64,000 bases of DNA from Nitrospirota bacterium (GCA_049325335.1 JBMOMC010000043.1:245852-309851); one strand, 5' to 3'. Counted from the first letter of the stretch, positions 10,237-21,483 are shown. The notes: generated by a model not told the origin, from the letters alone. Translations and numbers: made by a program.

Positions 10237-10272
10237 CACAGTTTCGAAATCGTTGATCCGATCAGCCCCGCG

Positions 10273-10302
10273 TTGACACACTCGAATTCGTTACGTTACG
10301 AT
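10273..10302 (+). promoter_or_regulatory. Sigma70-type promoter for trxA-recN
   Basis: TTGACA-N18-TACGAT, then SD GGAGGG. Confidence 0.6.
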
Positions 10303-10326
10303 GTGCCGAAACGATTGGAGGGGTAG

Positions 10327-10656
10327 ATGGGACAGGCAGTGAAGGTGGAAACTGCGTCGTGGGACGCGACGGTCCTCAAGGCCAATGGCTTGGTGATGGT
10401 GGATTTTTGGGCGGTGTGGTGCCGTCCGTGCCAGATGATCGCGCCGATTATCGAGGAACTGGCGAAGGAATACGACGGGCGACTCACCGTCGCCAAACTC
10501 AACACCGATGAAAACCCTGATCTCGCGAGTCGCTATCAGATCATGGGCATCCCCACGCTGATGTTTTTTCGCGACGGGAAGGCCATCGAAAAGATCGTCG
10601 GCGCCGCGTCCAAACAGCAGTTCAAAGAGAAAATCGAGACACTCCTCGCGTCCTAA
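10327..10656 (+). CDS. trxA: Thioredoxin
   Basis: VDFWAVWCRPC active site; IPTL. Confidence 0.95.
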   Translation: MGQAVKVETASWDATVLKANGLVMVDFWAVWCRPCQMIAPIIEELAKEYDGRLTVAKLNTDENPDLASRYQIMGIPTLMFFRDGKAIEKIVGAASKQQFKEKIETLLAS

Positions 10657-10681
10657 TCCGGCGCTCCTTTGGTGAGGGCGT

Positions 10682-12421
10682 ATGCTCCGTGATCTGCGGG
10701 TCCAACGCTTCGCCCTCATCGACGATCTGCAACTGGCGTTCGGACCCCGTCTGAACGTCTTGACCGGGGAAACCGGCGCCGGAAAATCCATCCTCCTTGA
10801 TGCGGTGACCATGGTCCTCGGCGGCCGCGCCTCGCCGGACATGGTTCGCTCCGGCTGTGAGGACGCGGTGGTTGAAGCCTCGTTCGACGTGGCCGCGCAG
10901 TCGCCGGCCGCCGCCGCGCTCGCCGACATGGGGTACCCGCAGGATGACGACTTGGTGGTTCAGCGCGTGGTCTCAATCACCGGGAAGGGCCGCGTCTACG
11001 TCAACGGTCGGCCGGTAACGGTGTCGGCGTTGGCGCAGGTGACCGGGCACCTGATCGACCTGCACAGTCAACACGATTATCAGTCGCTGATGCGCGCGGA
11101 CACCCCGTTGACGGTGCTGGACGCGTTCGCGAAGGCCGAGGATTTGCGGCGGGCGTGTCGCGACGCCTGGTCCGCATGGCTCGAATTGGATCAGGCGTTG
11201 TCGTCCCAATCCGCTCGGGCGGCCGACCGGGCGCGCGAGATCGCTCTGTTGACGCACGAGGTCGAGGAGTTGGATCGCTCGGAGCTCGCACCCGGCGAAG
11301 CCGAAGCGCTCGAACGCGAGCGCACCGTGTTGCGGCACGCCGAGCGTCTGCTTGCCGTCTCGCGGGCCGCGCAGGAACGGCTGAACGAGCATGGCGTGCT
11401 GGAAGGGACCGGCGCGATCGCAACGGACTTACAGGCCGCGGCCGCGCTCGATCCGAAACTCACGGAGGCGTCCGAGTTGGCGGCCGCGGCCTTGGTGCAG
11501 CTCCAGGAACTTGCGTCAACGCTGCGTCGGTACGGCGACGGGGGCGAGCCCGAGGAGGGACGGTTGGACGCGATCGAGTCTCGCTTGGCCGAACTCCAGC
11601 GTTTACGAAGAAAATACGGGGTGGAGTCCGACGAGTTGGCGGGCCTGGCCGTGCGTAAACGCGAGCACCTGCGCGCGCTTGAAACCGAGGTGGAGTCGAG
11701 CCACACGTTGGGCGCGCGCGCCGAGGAGGCCCGGCGCCGGCTGGAAACCGTTGCGGACCAACTGCACCAGCGTCGTGTCGAGACGGCGGGGAAACTCGCG
11801 TCCTTGGTTGACGCGGAGTTGGCGCGCCTGCGCATGTCCGCGCGATTGCAGATCGAGGTCGCTCCCACGGATGCGTCGGGCGCGATCGGTCCGCTTGGGC
11901 GCGATCGCGCGGATTTTCTGATTCAGACCAACCCCGGCGAACCCGCCAAGTCCTTGCGCAAGGTCGCCTCGGGCGGTGAACTGTCGCGGGTGATGCTGGG
12001 GCTCAAGTCGGTACTCGCGAGCGTGGACGCGGCGCCGACCTTGATCTTCGATGAAGCGGACGCCGGCGTGGGCGGCGCGGTGGCCGAGGTGGTGGGGCGC
12101 CGCTTACGCGCGATCGCGGATCACCGGCAGGTGTTGTGCGTGACCCATTTGCCCCAAGTGGCGAGCGGCGCGGAGACCCACATTCTCGTGGAAAAAACGC
12201 TCGAGCGCGGGCGAACCAACACCACGGCGCGACGATTGACCGAACGCGAACGCGTGCGGGAAATCGCGCGGATGTTGGCTGGCGAGGAAATCACCGCGAC
12301 CGCGCTGCATCACGCGGAAGAAATGATTCGGTTGGTGACGGCTCCGCAGTCGGAGCCGTCCGCGCCAAGAGGCCGCGCCCGGCCGGGCGGCGCGGGACGT
12401 CGCCCGGCCGCGGAGGCCTGA
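10682..12421 (+). CDS. recN: DNA repair protein RecN
   Basis: LTGETGAGKS, ASGGELSR, IFDEADAG, VTHLPQVA. Confidence 0.96.
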   Translation: MLRDLRVQRFALIDDLQLAFGPRLNVLTGETGAGKSILLDAVTMVLGGRASPDMVRSGCEDAVVEASFDVAAQSPAAAALADMGYPQDDDLVVQRVVSITGKGRVYVNGRPVTVSALAQVTGHLIDLHSQHDYQSLMRADTPLTVLDAFAKAEDLRRACRDAWSAWLELDQALSSQSARAADRAREIALLTHEVEELDRSELAPGEAEALERERTVLRHAERLLAVSRAAQERLNEHGVLEGTGAIATDLQAAAALDPKLTEASELAAAALVQLQELASTLRRYGDGGEPEEGRLDAIESRLAELQRLRRKYGVESDELAGLAVRKREHLRALETEVESSHTLGARAEEARRRLETVADQLHQRRVETAGKLASLVDAELARLRMSARLQIEVAPTDASGAIGPLGRDRADFLIQTNPGEPAKSLRKVASGGELSRVMLGLKSVLASVDAAPTLIFDEADAGVGGAVAEVVGRRLRAIADHRQVLCVTHLPQVASGAETHILVEKTLERGRTNTTARRLTERERVREIARMLAGEEITATALHHAEEMIRLVTAPQSEPSAPRGRARPGGAGRRPAAEA

Positions 12422-12423
12422 CG

Positions 12424-12837
12424 TCAGGCGCTGGCGATATGTTGCGGCGCGTGAGGCTGCCGCCGATCCAGCACCCGCCGGATCGTGGTGAGCATTTCCG
12501 TGATATTAAACGGTTTGAGCAGGTAGTCGGCGGCTCCGAACCGGATTCCGTCCACCGCGGTTTTGAGCCCTCCAAACCCGGTGACAATCACCACGTCGGT
12601 CTCGCTGTGATCGCGTCGGATGCTTTGCAGCACGTCCGTCCCGTGCATCCCGGGCATCTTCAGGTCGAGCGTGACCAAATCGATTTTGTGAACCTTCATC
12701 AGCGCGAGCGCGTCGGCGCCGTTGTCCGCGGTGTACACGTGATAAAAGGGTTTGAGGATCATCTTGAGTGATTCACGCGGACCCACTTCATCGTCCACGA
12801 CCAACACGGTGACGTTTTCTCGAATGGCCTGTTCCAT
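12424..12837 (-). CDS. Single-domain response regulator
   Basis: VVDDE...LDLKMPG.. T..G..DYL.KPF. Confidence 0.9.
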   Translation of the reverse strand: MEQAIRENVTVLVVDDEVGPRESLKMILKPFYHVYTADNGADALALMKVHKIDLVTLDLKMPGMHGTDVLQSIRRDHSETDVVIVTGFGGLKTAVDGIRFGAADYLLKPFNITEMLTTIRRVLDRRQPHAPQHIASA

Positions 12838-12944
12838 GAGGACTCCTTCTCGATCCGGGGTAGACGCCTATGGCGTCACGCGCGGGGACAGGCGCTAAGC
12901 ATAGCAAACTCGGGGGGCGCGTCGAGCCGATTCCTTGACCGTGG

Positions 12945-13808
12945 GTGGACAAACCCGTACAATCCGGCCCCGTGAGCGTGCAAGGCGCGTGTAAAACCCG
13001 TCCAACGCCGTGGGTCGCGCGAACACGATGGACGGCCGGGATCGCGGCGCTCGCGGCCGTCCTCGCGGCGGCAGGGCCGGCTCGCGGCGAACGCCCGTTT
13101 CTCGTGACCGAACGCGCGACGCTGCTCGATCACGGGGAGGCGCGGTTGGAAGTCGGCGTCGACGCGTCGCGCTTTTCCTCGGACATCACGCGTTACGCGA
13201 TCAACACCGAACTGACGTCCGGCATCCTGACGAATCTGAATTTTACGGTCGAAGCGCCGTACCTGTTCGTGACCGGAACGGATGGGGGCACGCAGGGCCA
13301 GGTGGGCGACGTGGTGCTGCGGCCCAAGCTCCAACTGCTCAAAGGTCGAGAAGCCAACCCGCTGTCCTTGGCCGCCGAATTGGTCTTGAAGTTTCCGAGC
13401 TGCGACGACGCCGTGGTCGCAAACGTCCCCCACGTGATACCGGCGTGTACCGGAGAAGCGGATCTGGGCATGGTGGCGATCGCCACCAAAGAATTTCAGC
13501 CCGTGACCGTGCACTTAAATCTCGGCTATACCTTGGTCGGGAATCCTCCGGGCCGGAATGTGGATGACGTGACCACGTATTCGCTGGCGTTTGAATACGT
13601 GACCATCCTGCCGGCGGTGACGGTGGTCACGGAGTTATGGGGAGAAACCAGTCGAGAGCCCGGTGTCTACGGCAACGCGCTCGCGCTCTTGCTGGGGGTG
13701 ACCTACCAACTCAATCGCCGGGTGGTGTTGGACAGCTCGTTAACGGCGGGACTTTCGTCCCCGAGCGCGGACTACACGGCCGCGTTCGGCATGTCGTACC
13801 GGTTTTAG
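12945..13808 (+). CDS. Outer-membrane beta-barrel of the putative transporter/MetA-pathway-like type (start uncertain)
   Basis: Signal peptide, RPF.TE.A motif, amphipathic strands, terminal YRF. Confidence 0.7.
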   Translation: MDKPVQSGPVSVQGACKTRPTPWVARTRWTAGIAALAAVLAAAGPARGERPFLVTERATLLDHGEARLEVGVDASRFSSDITRYAINTELTSGILTNLNFTVEAPYLFVTGTDGGTQGQVGDVVLRPKLQLLKGREANPLSLAAELVLKFPSCDDAVVANVPHVIPACTGEADLGMVAIATKEFQPVTVHLNLGYTLVGNPPGRNVDDVTTYSLAFEYVTILPAVTVVTELWGETSREPGVYGNALALLLGVTYQLNRRVVLDSSLTAGLSSPSADYTAAFGMSYRF

Positions 13809-13827
13809 GCGATCCCGCGAGGCGGGC

Positions 13828-14019
13828 TCAGACGGCCTTCTGGACCCGTTGGGACTTGAGGCAACTCGTGCAGACCTTGATCCGCTTCGACGAGGCGGCG
13901 ACCACCGCATGCACCGAATGAAGATTGGGCTGCCAGACTTTTTTCGTCTTGTTGTTGGCGTGGCTGACGTTAAACCCGACCTGACGGCCCTTCCCGCAAA
14001 TTCCACACACGCGTGCCAT
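13828..14019 (-). CDS. rpmB: 50S ribosomal protein L28 (zinc-binding type)
   Basis: [10 protein letters not shown]...[15 protein letters not shown]...[17 protein letters not shown]. Confidence 0.96.
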   Translation of the reverse strand: MARVCGICGKGRQVGFNVSHANNKTKKVWQPNLHSVHAVVAASSKRIKVCTSCLKSQRVQKAV

Positions 14020-14137
14020 GAAACCTCTCCTCTTCACGTGACTGAAAGCCGTCCACATTAACACGGGCTCCTCAAAAGTGCAAGCCGGTCGGCCGTTGCC
14101 TCCTCGTCCGGGGTCATCGCAGCCTCCTCCCACGGTC

Positions 14138-16558
14138 ATGGAATACCTGCGGCGGATGGCGCGTCCGGTGGAATTCGCGATTCGGGAGGAACACAAGAAC
14201 GTGGCGCTGGTGCGCAACCTCGGGGCGTTCCTGGCGCGGTGCGCCGGGGACGGGTTGGCCGTGGCCGCGTACCGGATGATCCATCCCGATTTACGTCGAT
14301 TGCAGGGTCTTGCCGCGGGGTATGACGATCTTCCCGCAACCGCGCGTCGGGAGCGATTAGAAGCGGTGCGCGACCTGCTGGCGCGGATGAGCCGCCGCGA
14401 CGCGGCCCGCGACCAGCTCGCCGCGCCGTCGGCAGCCGCTCCCGTGTCTCCGTGGGGCGTGGACCTCGCGGAGCCGGTGGCCGCGTTGCCCGGGATCGGG
14501 GTCCGGCGCGCGGCCTTGTTGGGCAAGCTCGGCATCGAACGCGTGGAAGACCTACTTTGGCGGTTGCCGTGGCGGTACGTTGACCGCTCATCCGCGACCC
14601 CCTTGGGCGAACTCCGGGTCGGGCAAGACACGACCGTCTGCGCCGAGATCCGCTCGATCGAGGAAGTGGTCACGTCGCGCCGACGCATGCGGATTTTGGA
14701 AGTGGTGGTGGGTGACGCGACCGGCGTGTTGACCGTGAAGTGGTTCAACCAGCCGTATCTGCGGGCCCGCTTGGCCCCGGGGCAGGTGCTCATGTGCAGC
14801 GGGCGGATCAAGGCGTCCCGGTCGCTCTCGCTCATGGAAATGGACGGTCCGCAGTTTGAGATCTTGGAGTCCGAGGGGGACGCCTCGCTGCACACCGGGC
14901 GGGTCGTGCCGGTTTACCACGAGACCCGCGGGCTCAACTCCCGCGCGCTGCGGGGGCTGGTGGATCAGGTGCTCACGCACGGGCGCGGCGTGGAGCAGGA
15001 CGCATTGCCCGATTCCCTGCGCGAGCGGCACGGACTCATGCCGAAACAGGCGGCGTGGCGCGCGGTGCATTTTCCACCGCCCGACGCGGATCTCGCGCAA
15101 TGGAACGTGGGGGTGAGTCCGGCGCACCGACGGCTGGTGTTCGAGGAACTGTTGCTGTTGGAATTGGGGCTGGCGGTGCGTCGACGGGAGACCGCGGCGG
15201 ACGCGGAGGGCATCGCGTTTTGCTGCGATCCGGATCGGCTGGCCGCGTTGTGGCGCGCGTTGCCGTATGCGCCCACCGGGGCGCAGCGACGCGTGGTGGA
15301 CGAGGTGCTGCGCGACATGGCGTCGTCCAAACCCATGAACCGGTTGATCCAGGGGGACGTGGGGTGCGGCAAAACCGTGGTCGCGGCCGCGGCCGTTTGG
15401 ATGGCCGCGGGTGACGGGTACCAAGCCGCGTTCATGGCGCCCACGGAATTGTTGGCCGAACAACACGGCCGCCAGTTGGCGACGCTGTTGGGCGGGCTTG
15501 GGCTGCGCATCGCCCTGCTGACCAGCGATTTGGCGCGCCGGGAGCGCGCGGAGTTGCTCGCTCGGTTGGCCGACGGCGCGATCGACTGCGTGGTGGGCAC
15601 CCACGCGCTGCTGCAACCCGACGTGCGGTTTGCGCGCTTCGGGTTCGCGGTGATCGACGAGCAACATAAGTTCGGCGTGATGCAGCGCTCCCATTTGGTC
15701 CGCAAAGGGTATCATCCGGACGTGTTGATCATGACCGCGACGCCTATTCCCCGCACGTTGGCGATGACCGTGTACGGGGACCTGGACGTGTCCGTGATCG
15801 ACGAAATGCCGGCGGGCCGGGCGCCGATCGAGACGCGGTGGCACCGCGAATCGCAACGCGCCGCCGCGGACGATGCGGTCGGCCGCGCGATCCGGGCGGG
15901 ACGGCAGGTCTACGTCGTGGCGCCGCGCATCGACGAATCGGACGAGGGCGACGTGCGATCCGTCGGCGTGGTGGCGGACCACCTCCGCGCGCGTCACCCT
16001 GACGCTCGGATCGGGGTGCTGCACGGCCGCATGCCCAAAGCGGACAAGGACCGGGTGATGCGAGCGTTTCTGTCGCGCGAGCTGGATGTTCTGGCGGCGA
16101 CCACGGTGGTGGAAGTCGGGATCGACGTGCCGAATGCCACGGTGATCGTCATCGAACATGCCGATCGATACGGACTGGCGCAACTCCACCAACTGCGAGG
16201 ACGCGTGGGGCGAGGCCGGGAGGCTTCGGTTTGTCTCCTGCTGTCGCCGAGTCGAATTTCCGATGAGGCTCGAGCGCGGTTGGAAACCATGACGTCGGTT
16301 CGCGACGGGTTTGTGATCGCGGATCGTGATCTGGCCGCGCGCGGCCCCGGGGAATTTCTCGGCACGCGTCAGTCCGGGCTCCCAGACCTCAAAGTGGCTA
16401 ATTTGATCCGCGACGCGCAGTTAGTGGAACTCGCGCGTCGCGAGGCGTTCGCGTTGTTCGAGCGCGACCCCACGTTGTCGGCCCCGGAGCATCGTGTATT
16501 GAAAGCGGCGCTGAAGCGGACGTGGGGACGGCGACTCGCGCTCGCCTCCGTCGGCTGA
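14138..16558 (+). CDS. recG: ATP-dependent DNA helicase RecG
   Basis: Wedge domain, [38 protein letters not shown]. Confidence 0.96.
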   Translation: MEYLRRMARPVEFAIREEHKNVALVRNLGAFLARCAGDGLAVAAYRMIHPDLRRLQGLAAGYDDLPATARRERLEAVRDLLARMSRRDAARDQLAAPSAAAPVSPWGVDLAEPVAALPGIGVRRAALLGKLGIERVEDLLWRLPWRYVDRSSATPLGELRVGQDTTVCAEIRSIEEVVTSRRRMRILEVVVGDATGVLTVKWFNQPYLRARLAPGQVLMCSGRIKASRSLSLMEMDGPQFEILESEGDASLHTGRVVPVYHETRGLNSRALRGLVDQVLTHGRGVEQDALPDSLRERHGLMPKQAAWRAVHFPPPDADLAQWNVGVSPAHRRLVFEELLLLELGLAVRRRETAADAEGIAFCCDPDRLAALWRALPYAPTGAQRRVVDEVLRDMASSKPMNRLIQGDVGCGKTVVAAAAVWMAAGDGYQAAFMAPTELLAEQHGRQLATLLGGLGLRIALLTSDLARRERAELLARLADGAIDCVVGTHALLQPDVRFARFGFAVIDEQHKFGVMQRSHLVRKGYHPDVLIMTATPIPRTLAMTVYGDLDVSVIDEMPAGRAPIETRWHRESQRAAADDAVGRAIRAGRQVYVVAPRIDESDEGDVRSVGVVADHLRARHPDARIGVLHGRMPKADKDRVMRAFLSRELDVLAATTVVEVGIDVPNATVIVIEHADRYGLAQLHQLRGRVGRGREASVCLLLSPSRISDEARARLETMTSVRDGFVIADRDLAARGPGEFLGTRQSGLPDLKVANLIRDAQLVELARREAFALFERDPTLSAPEHRVLKAALKRTWGRRLALASVG

Positions 16559-16560
16559 CC

Positions 16561-16869
16561 ATGGTGGACGTGTGGCGAAAAATTCGCGAGGACGGTTCGA
16601 CCGGGTTCCTCGCCCTGTTGGCCGGCGCGATCAGGGGCGGCCGCGCGCTCCCCGAGACGCTGCGATTGCGATGGAATCTGCGTGACACACGCGTGGAACT
16701 CGACGCGGCGTACGCCGAACTGGGCGAGTACCTAACCGAGGCCCTCCACGCGGGCGGCGCGGTAGAGCCGAACGACGAGCGGGCGCGCGGCCTCTGCGGA
16801 CGGATCGATGAGTTGCTCGCGGCCGAACAACGATTGCGCGATGAACTCTCGCGCGGGAGCGTGCCGTAG
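16561..16869 (+). CDS. Hypothetical protein
   Basis: Fills the gap between recG and ppx in the same orientation; helical. Confidence 0.65.
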   Translation: MVDVWRKIREDGSTGFLALLAGAIRGGRALPETLRLRWNLRDTRVELDAAYAELGEYLTEALHAGGAVEPNDERARGLCGRIDELLAAEQRLRDELSRGSVP

Positions 16870-17856
16870 ATGTCGGGTCCGCATGCCGAGACCGCGGTGG
16901 TCGCCGCCGTTGACTTGGGCACGAATGCGTTCCGTCTTCTGGTGGCCGAGGTCAGCCGCGACGGGCGGCTGACCGTGCGTCACCTGCATCGGGTGTTTCC
17001 TCGGCTCGGCGAGGGGGTCGGGCGGACCGGGCGATTGACCGAACGCGCCATGACCCGGGCCATCGACTCGTTGGCGGAAATCCGCGCGGCCATGGAACGG
17101 TTTCCGATCGACGCGGTGGTGTCGGTGGCCACCAGCGCGGTGCGCGAAGCGTCCAACGCCGCGGAGTTTCTCGATCGCGCGCGGGCGAAGGCGGGGCTCG
17201 ACGTGGAGGTCATTTCCGGGATCGAAGAGGCGCGCCGAACCTGGTTGGGCGTGCGCGCGGGGTTCGCCGCGGTCGGCCGCGCGGTGGGGGACGCCGTGGT
17301 GATGGACATCGGGGGCGGCAGCACCGAACTCATCAGCGTCCGCGGGGGCGAGTTTCACGACGCGATCAGCTTGGATCTGGGCGTGGTGAAGTTGACGGAG
17401 CGGTGCGTGCGCCATGACCCGCCGCGGGAGGACGAACTGAGCCGGTTGCACGCCGAGGCGCGCCGGGCGCTGCTGGGAGCGATCCCCGTGCGCGACGCCG
17501 CGGGGCCTGGGCTCGCCGTAATTGGCACGGCCGGGACCGTCACCGCCGCGGCCGTCCTTTCCATGGGGTTGACGCACTACGAACCCGAGTTCATTCACGA
17601 TCGCCTGATTCCCCGTTCCGCGGTCAGAGCGGTTGCCGCGCGGCTGGCGGGCATGACCGCGGAGCAACGGCGAACGCTTCCGTCGCTGGATCGGGGACGA
17701 GAGGACGTCATCCTCGCGGGGCTCGCCATTCTGGGGGAGACCCTCGATCTGTTCGGAGCCGAGGAAGTGCGTGTCAGCGAATACGGGTTACGCGAGGGGC
17801 TGGTCATTGATTGGGCGGAGCGCCACCTGATATCCGGGGTTTTTCGGAAAGCTTGA
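16870..17856 (+). CDS. Ppx/GppA family phosphatase
   Basis: DLGTNAFRL, ATSAVREA.N, DIGGGSTE, GLREG. Confidence 0.93.
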   Translation: MSGPHAETAVVAAVDLGTNAFRLLVAEVSRDGRLTVRHLHRVFPRLGEGVGRTGRLTERAMTRAIDSLAEIRAAMERFPIDAVVSVATSAVREASNAAEFLDRARAKAGLDVEVISGIEEARRTWLGVRAGFAAVGRAVGDAVVMDIGGGSTELISVRGGEFHDAISLDLGVVKLTERCVRHDPPREDELSRLHAEARRALLGAIPVRDAAGPGLAVIGTAGTVTAAAVLSMGLTHYEPEFIHDRLIPRSAVRAVAARLAGMTAEQRRTLPSLDRGREDVILAGLAILGETLDLFGAEEVRVSEYGLREGLVIDWAERHLISGVFRKA

Positions 17857-17945
17857 GTCGCGGATGAACCTGTGGCATAATCCCACGATTCCGACCGCCG
17901 CCCGTGCGCGGCGGATGGCATTCATAATGAAAGGGGCTCTGTTCC

Positions 17946-18770
17946 GTGCCGCAACCGATTAAAAGTCCGGTCAACCACCCCGCTTTTGACCCGAACGAAT
18001 TGATTCGGGCGGATCGGGTGCAGGATTGGTTCCTCAACAACCTTCGTACGGTCGTCACCGTGGTCGGGATCATCGCCCTCGTCGGCTCGGCGTGGGGCGT
18101 CATGGCGTTTGTCCAGCACCGGGCGGAGAAACGCGCCGCGGAATTGTATGTCAGTGCGTTGACCACGTTTCAGGGAGCGCTCACGCCGGAGCGACAGCTT
18201 CGCGCGCTGGCGCCGGATACCAAGGAGATCGTCGAACGCGCGATCAAGGAATTTCAGGCCGTGCGCGACCAGTACCCTCGAACCGCGCACGGGGCGATGG
18301 CTTTGTACCATCAGGCCAACGCCTCCGCCATGCTCGAGCGGTACGACGAGGCGGTGTCGGCGTATCAGACGTGGTTGTCGGCCTATGCTCAGCAACGGGA
18401 GCTGCTGCCGCTGGTCACGATTCGCTTGGCGTATACCCTCTGGGCCAAGGGCGACACGCAAGAGGCCCTGACGCGTTTCGAGGCGGTCGCGAACATGCCG
18501 GACGCGCCAAATCGCGATATGGCGTATTTTGAGAAGGGGCGCGTGCTTGAACAGATGGGTCAGAAAGACCAGGCGCTTGAAGCGTATACCACACTAGCCA
18601 AGGACTTCGCCGCGTCGCCCTGGGGCAGCGAAGGCAACGCCCGGATCATCGCGTTGGGCGGCACGCCTCCCGGAGCGGCCCCCCCCAAGGCCGCCGAAGC
18701 ACCCCAGGCTCCGGCGGCGGGCCAACCCGCCCCGACCGCATCCGGCGAACAGCCGGCAGCCGCGAAATAA
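17946..18770 (+). CDS. Membrane-anchored TPR protein (YfgM-like)
   Basis: N-terminal TM, TPR helices, YP.T motif, Pro/Ala tail. Confidence 0.75.
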   Translation: MPQPIKSPVNHPAFDPNELIRADRVQDWFLNNLRTVVTVVGIIALVGSAWGVMAFVQHRAEKRAAELYVSALTTFQGALTPERQLRALAPDTKEIVERAIKEFQAVRDQYPRTAHGAMALYHQANASAMLERYDEAVSAYQTWLSAYAQQRELLPLVTIRLAYTLWAKGDTQEALTRFEAVANMPDAPNRDMAYFEKGRVLEQMGQKDQALEAYTTLAKDFAASPWGSEGNARIIALGGTPPGAAPPKAAEAPQAPAAGQPAPTASGEQPAAAK

Positions 18771-18852
18771 CTCGAATTAAGTAGAGACAACCGAAAGACG
18801 TTGTTCCCGAGCAGGGCGCGGAACACCCCCTGCGGAGGTCCTTCGCACGCTC

Positions 18853-18870
18853 TGAGCCCGTCGAACCACG
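18853..18870. repeat. Degenerate GTGGTTCGACA-family repeat
   Basis: Reverse complement is CGTGGTTCGACGGGCTCA; lies between convergent genes. Confidence 0.55.
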
Positions 18871-18893
18871 CTCCAGACTTTTGCAGCAGCCTG

Positions 18894-20450
18894 CTACGAC
18901 TGCTCGGCGTTGACGTACAGGCTCAACCGCTGTCCGGCCCGGATCGGACTTCTCGCCCCGAGGCCGTTCCACTCGCGGATCTTCGCCACGGTGGTGTTGA
19001 AACGTTTCGCGATGCCCCAGAGCGTGTCGCCGCGACGCACGCGATACCGAAGCGGCTTAGCGGCATCGAGCGGTTCCTCAACGACCAATGCCGCGTTGGC
19101 CACCGACGAAGAGACGGATTCCTCCTCGATCGAGCGATTCCCGGTGGGAACGAGGATTTTCGCGCCGCCCCGGACGCTGGAGCGTTTGAGGTGGTTGATG
19201 TCGCGGAGCGTTGATGTGGTGGTGCCGAATTTTTTCGCGATCGACGCCAAGGTCTCGCCGCGTCGGACCGTGTGTTTGACCCAGACCGTCTTCTCCCATT
19301 CCGGGATGTTCGCGAAATTTTCCTGGAATGTGGCCTTGGTCCCGAACGGCAACTTGAGGCGGTAGTTTTCGTAGTCGATCGGGGTCACGCTTTGTTTCAG
19401 TTCCGGGTTGAGTTCTTTGACCGCTTCATAGGGGACGCCGGCTGTTTTGGCGATCAATTTGAGGTCGGTCGGACGATCGATGACCACTTCGTCGAACCGC
19501 AGCGGTTCGTGGTAGTTCAAGGTAAACCCGTATTTCTCAGGATTTTTGGCGATGATGGTCGCGGCCATGAACTTGGGGACGTAGTTGCGGGTCTCGGGCC
19601 GCAGGTAGTGGGTGGTGCGAAGGTCCCAGAAGTCGTCGGCCTGCGAGCGTTTCATGGCCCGACCGACTCGTCCTTCTCCCGCGTTGTACGAGGCCAGCGC
19701 AAGCGGCCAAGAGTTGAACATGGCGTAGAGATCTTTCAGATAGGCAGCCGCCGCGTGGGTTGATTTGACTGGATCGCGACGTTCGTCGATCCACTCGTCG
19801 ATTCGAAGTCGGTACTTCTTCCCGGTGCCCTTCATGAACTGCCAGGGGCCCACTGCCCGCGCGCGTGAGTATGCGTATGGGTTGAACCCGCTTTCAATGA
19901 GGGCGACAAAAACCAGGTCTTCGGGGAGGTTGTTTTCCCGAAAGATCTGCCGCATGAGCGGCAGGTATCGGCCGGATCGACTCAGCCACAGTTCGGTTTT
20001 ATCGCGAATTCTGGTATTGAAGTAGTCGATATGGGCTTCTACGCTGGCGTTGAGAATAATCGGTACGTCGTACGTGGTGGGTTCGTCCTCATCGCTCTCG
20101 GGCGCGGGTTCTTCAATAATCGCCACGTGGGGCGTTGTGTGGTCAGCGGATTCGGGCCATGTTGCGGCCGGGGCCGCCTCGTCGGCCGGGGAGGATGGCG
20201 CCGAGTGCGTGGCGACCTCGTCCACCGACGGAGGAACGACCGCCTGATCATATGACGGGGAAACGCTCGGTTGGGCCGGAGCCGGTTGCGACGGCTGGAC
20301 GGCGCGGACCGCGGGGCGCGCCAAGGTGGCTGTTTTCGGGGGCGGCGCTGCGGCGCACGCCGTCATGACAATCAGTAATGCCGGAAGCACGGAGATCCGT
20401 CTCATAAGGCTCCTCAACACATTGCGCGATGCTACTGATTTCTCAACCAC
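18894..20450 (-). CDS. mltD: Lytic transglycosylase with LysM domains (MltD-like lipoprotein; start uncertain)
   Basis: IESGFNP.A.S.A.AVGPWQFM, LASYNAGEG, ETRNYVPK, LysM repeats. Confidence 0.92.
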   Translation of the reverse strand: MVEKSVASRNVLRSLMRRISVLPALLIVMTACAAAPPPKTATLARPAVRAVQPSQPAPAQPSVSPSYDQAVVPPSVDEVATHSAPSSPADEAAPAATWPESADHTTPHVAIIEEPAPESDEDEPTTYDVPIILNASVEAHIDYFNTRIRDKTELWLSRSGRYLPLMRQIFRENNLPEDLVFVALIESGFNPYAYSRARAVGPWQFMKGTGKKYRLRIDEWIDERRDPVKSTHAAAAYLKDLYAMFNSWPLALASYNAGEGRVGRAMKRSQADDFWDLRTTHYLRPETRNYVPKFMAATIIAKNPEKYGFTLNYHEPLRFDEVVIDRPTDLKLIAKTAGVPYEAVKELNPELKQSVTPIDYENYRLKLPFGTKATFQENFANIPEWEKTVWVKHTVRRGETLASIAKKFGTTTSTLRDINHLKRSSVRGGAKILVPTGNRSIEEESVSSSVANAALVVEEPLDAAKPLRYRVRRGDTLWGIAKRFNTTVAKIREWNGLGARSPIRAGQRLSLYVNAEQS

Positions 20451-20613
20451 GGTGTCAACCTTAGGTTCCTAATTCTAATAATAATTTATGGAGGGTGAAA
20501 TGGACGTACCGGAAGTATAGGCGCGACCGGACGGCTGTCAACACGCGCGGCGCGCCGCGGGCAATTGACACCCGTGACCGCGCCGTGCTACACGAAGGTC
20601 CTTGCTCGCCGGC

Positions 20614-21483
20614 ATGTCGATCACCAGACACTCCATTCGTTGCGTGGCCGCCGCGGTGCTTGCGTGGCTGGCGGTCAGCCCGTTTCCCGATCACGCGCGC
20701 GCCGCGGTCGTCGAATGGTTGCCCGCCGCGTCGCTGTTTCGCCCGTTGGCGGCCGATCCACGCGAGGCGCATCATAGTTTGCGATACGTGGCGGGGTCCG
20801 GTACCGCGCGCGGGGAGGCGTCGTTCGGGGACACGTTCGGCGTGGCGCGGATTGCCTCGGACTGGACGGCGCAGGTCGGGCTCCAAGCGTCGGTGTTCAC
20901 CCGGTTTAATCGCGACATGGACTCCGCCGGGTTTCTCGACATCAACAGCGCGGACTACACGTTGTTTATCCCGGTGGACGTTCGATTCGATCGCGTCGTC
21001 GTTCGTTCCGGCATCGGACACCTCAGTTCCCATCTCGGCGAAATCGAGGCGCAACGACGAATTCATGATGGCGAGGCGCTGTTTTTTGATCGCAGCTTCC
21101 TCTACCGCCGCGACTACGCGCGCGTGGTCGCGGCGTGGGATGTGACGGACCGGCTCAGAATCTACGGCGGGGCGAGTGTTGCGGTGCACCTGACTCCGGA
21201 GGGCGGGCGAACCGCCGCGCAGACCGGGGTGGAGTGGTTCGGCCCGCCGCGAGTTTCGGGGAGGGTGGTCCGGCAGTGGTTCGCGGCCGCGGACTTGCAA
21301 ACATGGGCTGAGTCCGATTGGGCGGCCAATGCCAACGTCGAAGGCGGATTGCGCCTGTCGCGCGCCGATGGGGAGCGCGGGATTCGATTGGCCGTCTCGG
21401 GCTATGCCGGGCGGTCACTCCAACGCGTGTTGGCGCAAGACCGTGAACGGTATCTCAGCGCGGGTTTGGTGTTCGAGTTCTGA
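20614..21483 (+). CDS. DUF1207-like outer-membrane protein
   Basis: LF.PL.ADPRE motif, LIN.DY-like segment, HLSSHLG, terminal FEF; TTGACA at 20565. Confidence 0.75.
   Translation: MSITRHSIRCVAAAVLAWLAVSPFPDHARAAVVEWLPAASLFRPLAADPREAHHSLRYVAGSGTARGEASFGDTFGVARIASDWTAQVGLQASVFTRFNRDMDSAGFLDINSADYTLFIPVDVRFDRVVVRSGIGHLSSHLGEIEAQRRIHDGEALFFDRSFLYRRDYARVVAAWDVTDRLRIYGGASVAVHLTPEGGRTAAQTGVEWFGPPRVSGRVVRQWFAAADLQTWAESDWAANANVEGGLRLSRADGERGIRLAVSGYAGRSLQRVLAQDRERYLSAGLVFEF

Noticed and set aside
13828..14895. 355-aa ORF
   Set aside because: Only the last 63 codons (L28) are real; the rest is antisense to recG
14588..16192. Long antisense and alternate-frame ORFs (e.g. 14588-16192, 3535-4803, 36195-37556, 60216-62111)
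   Set aside because: Shadow ORFs of real high-GC genes, with Arg/Pro-rich composition and no motifs
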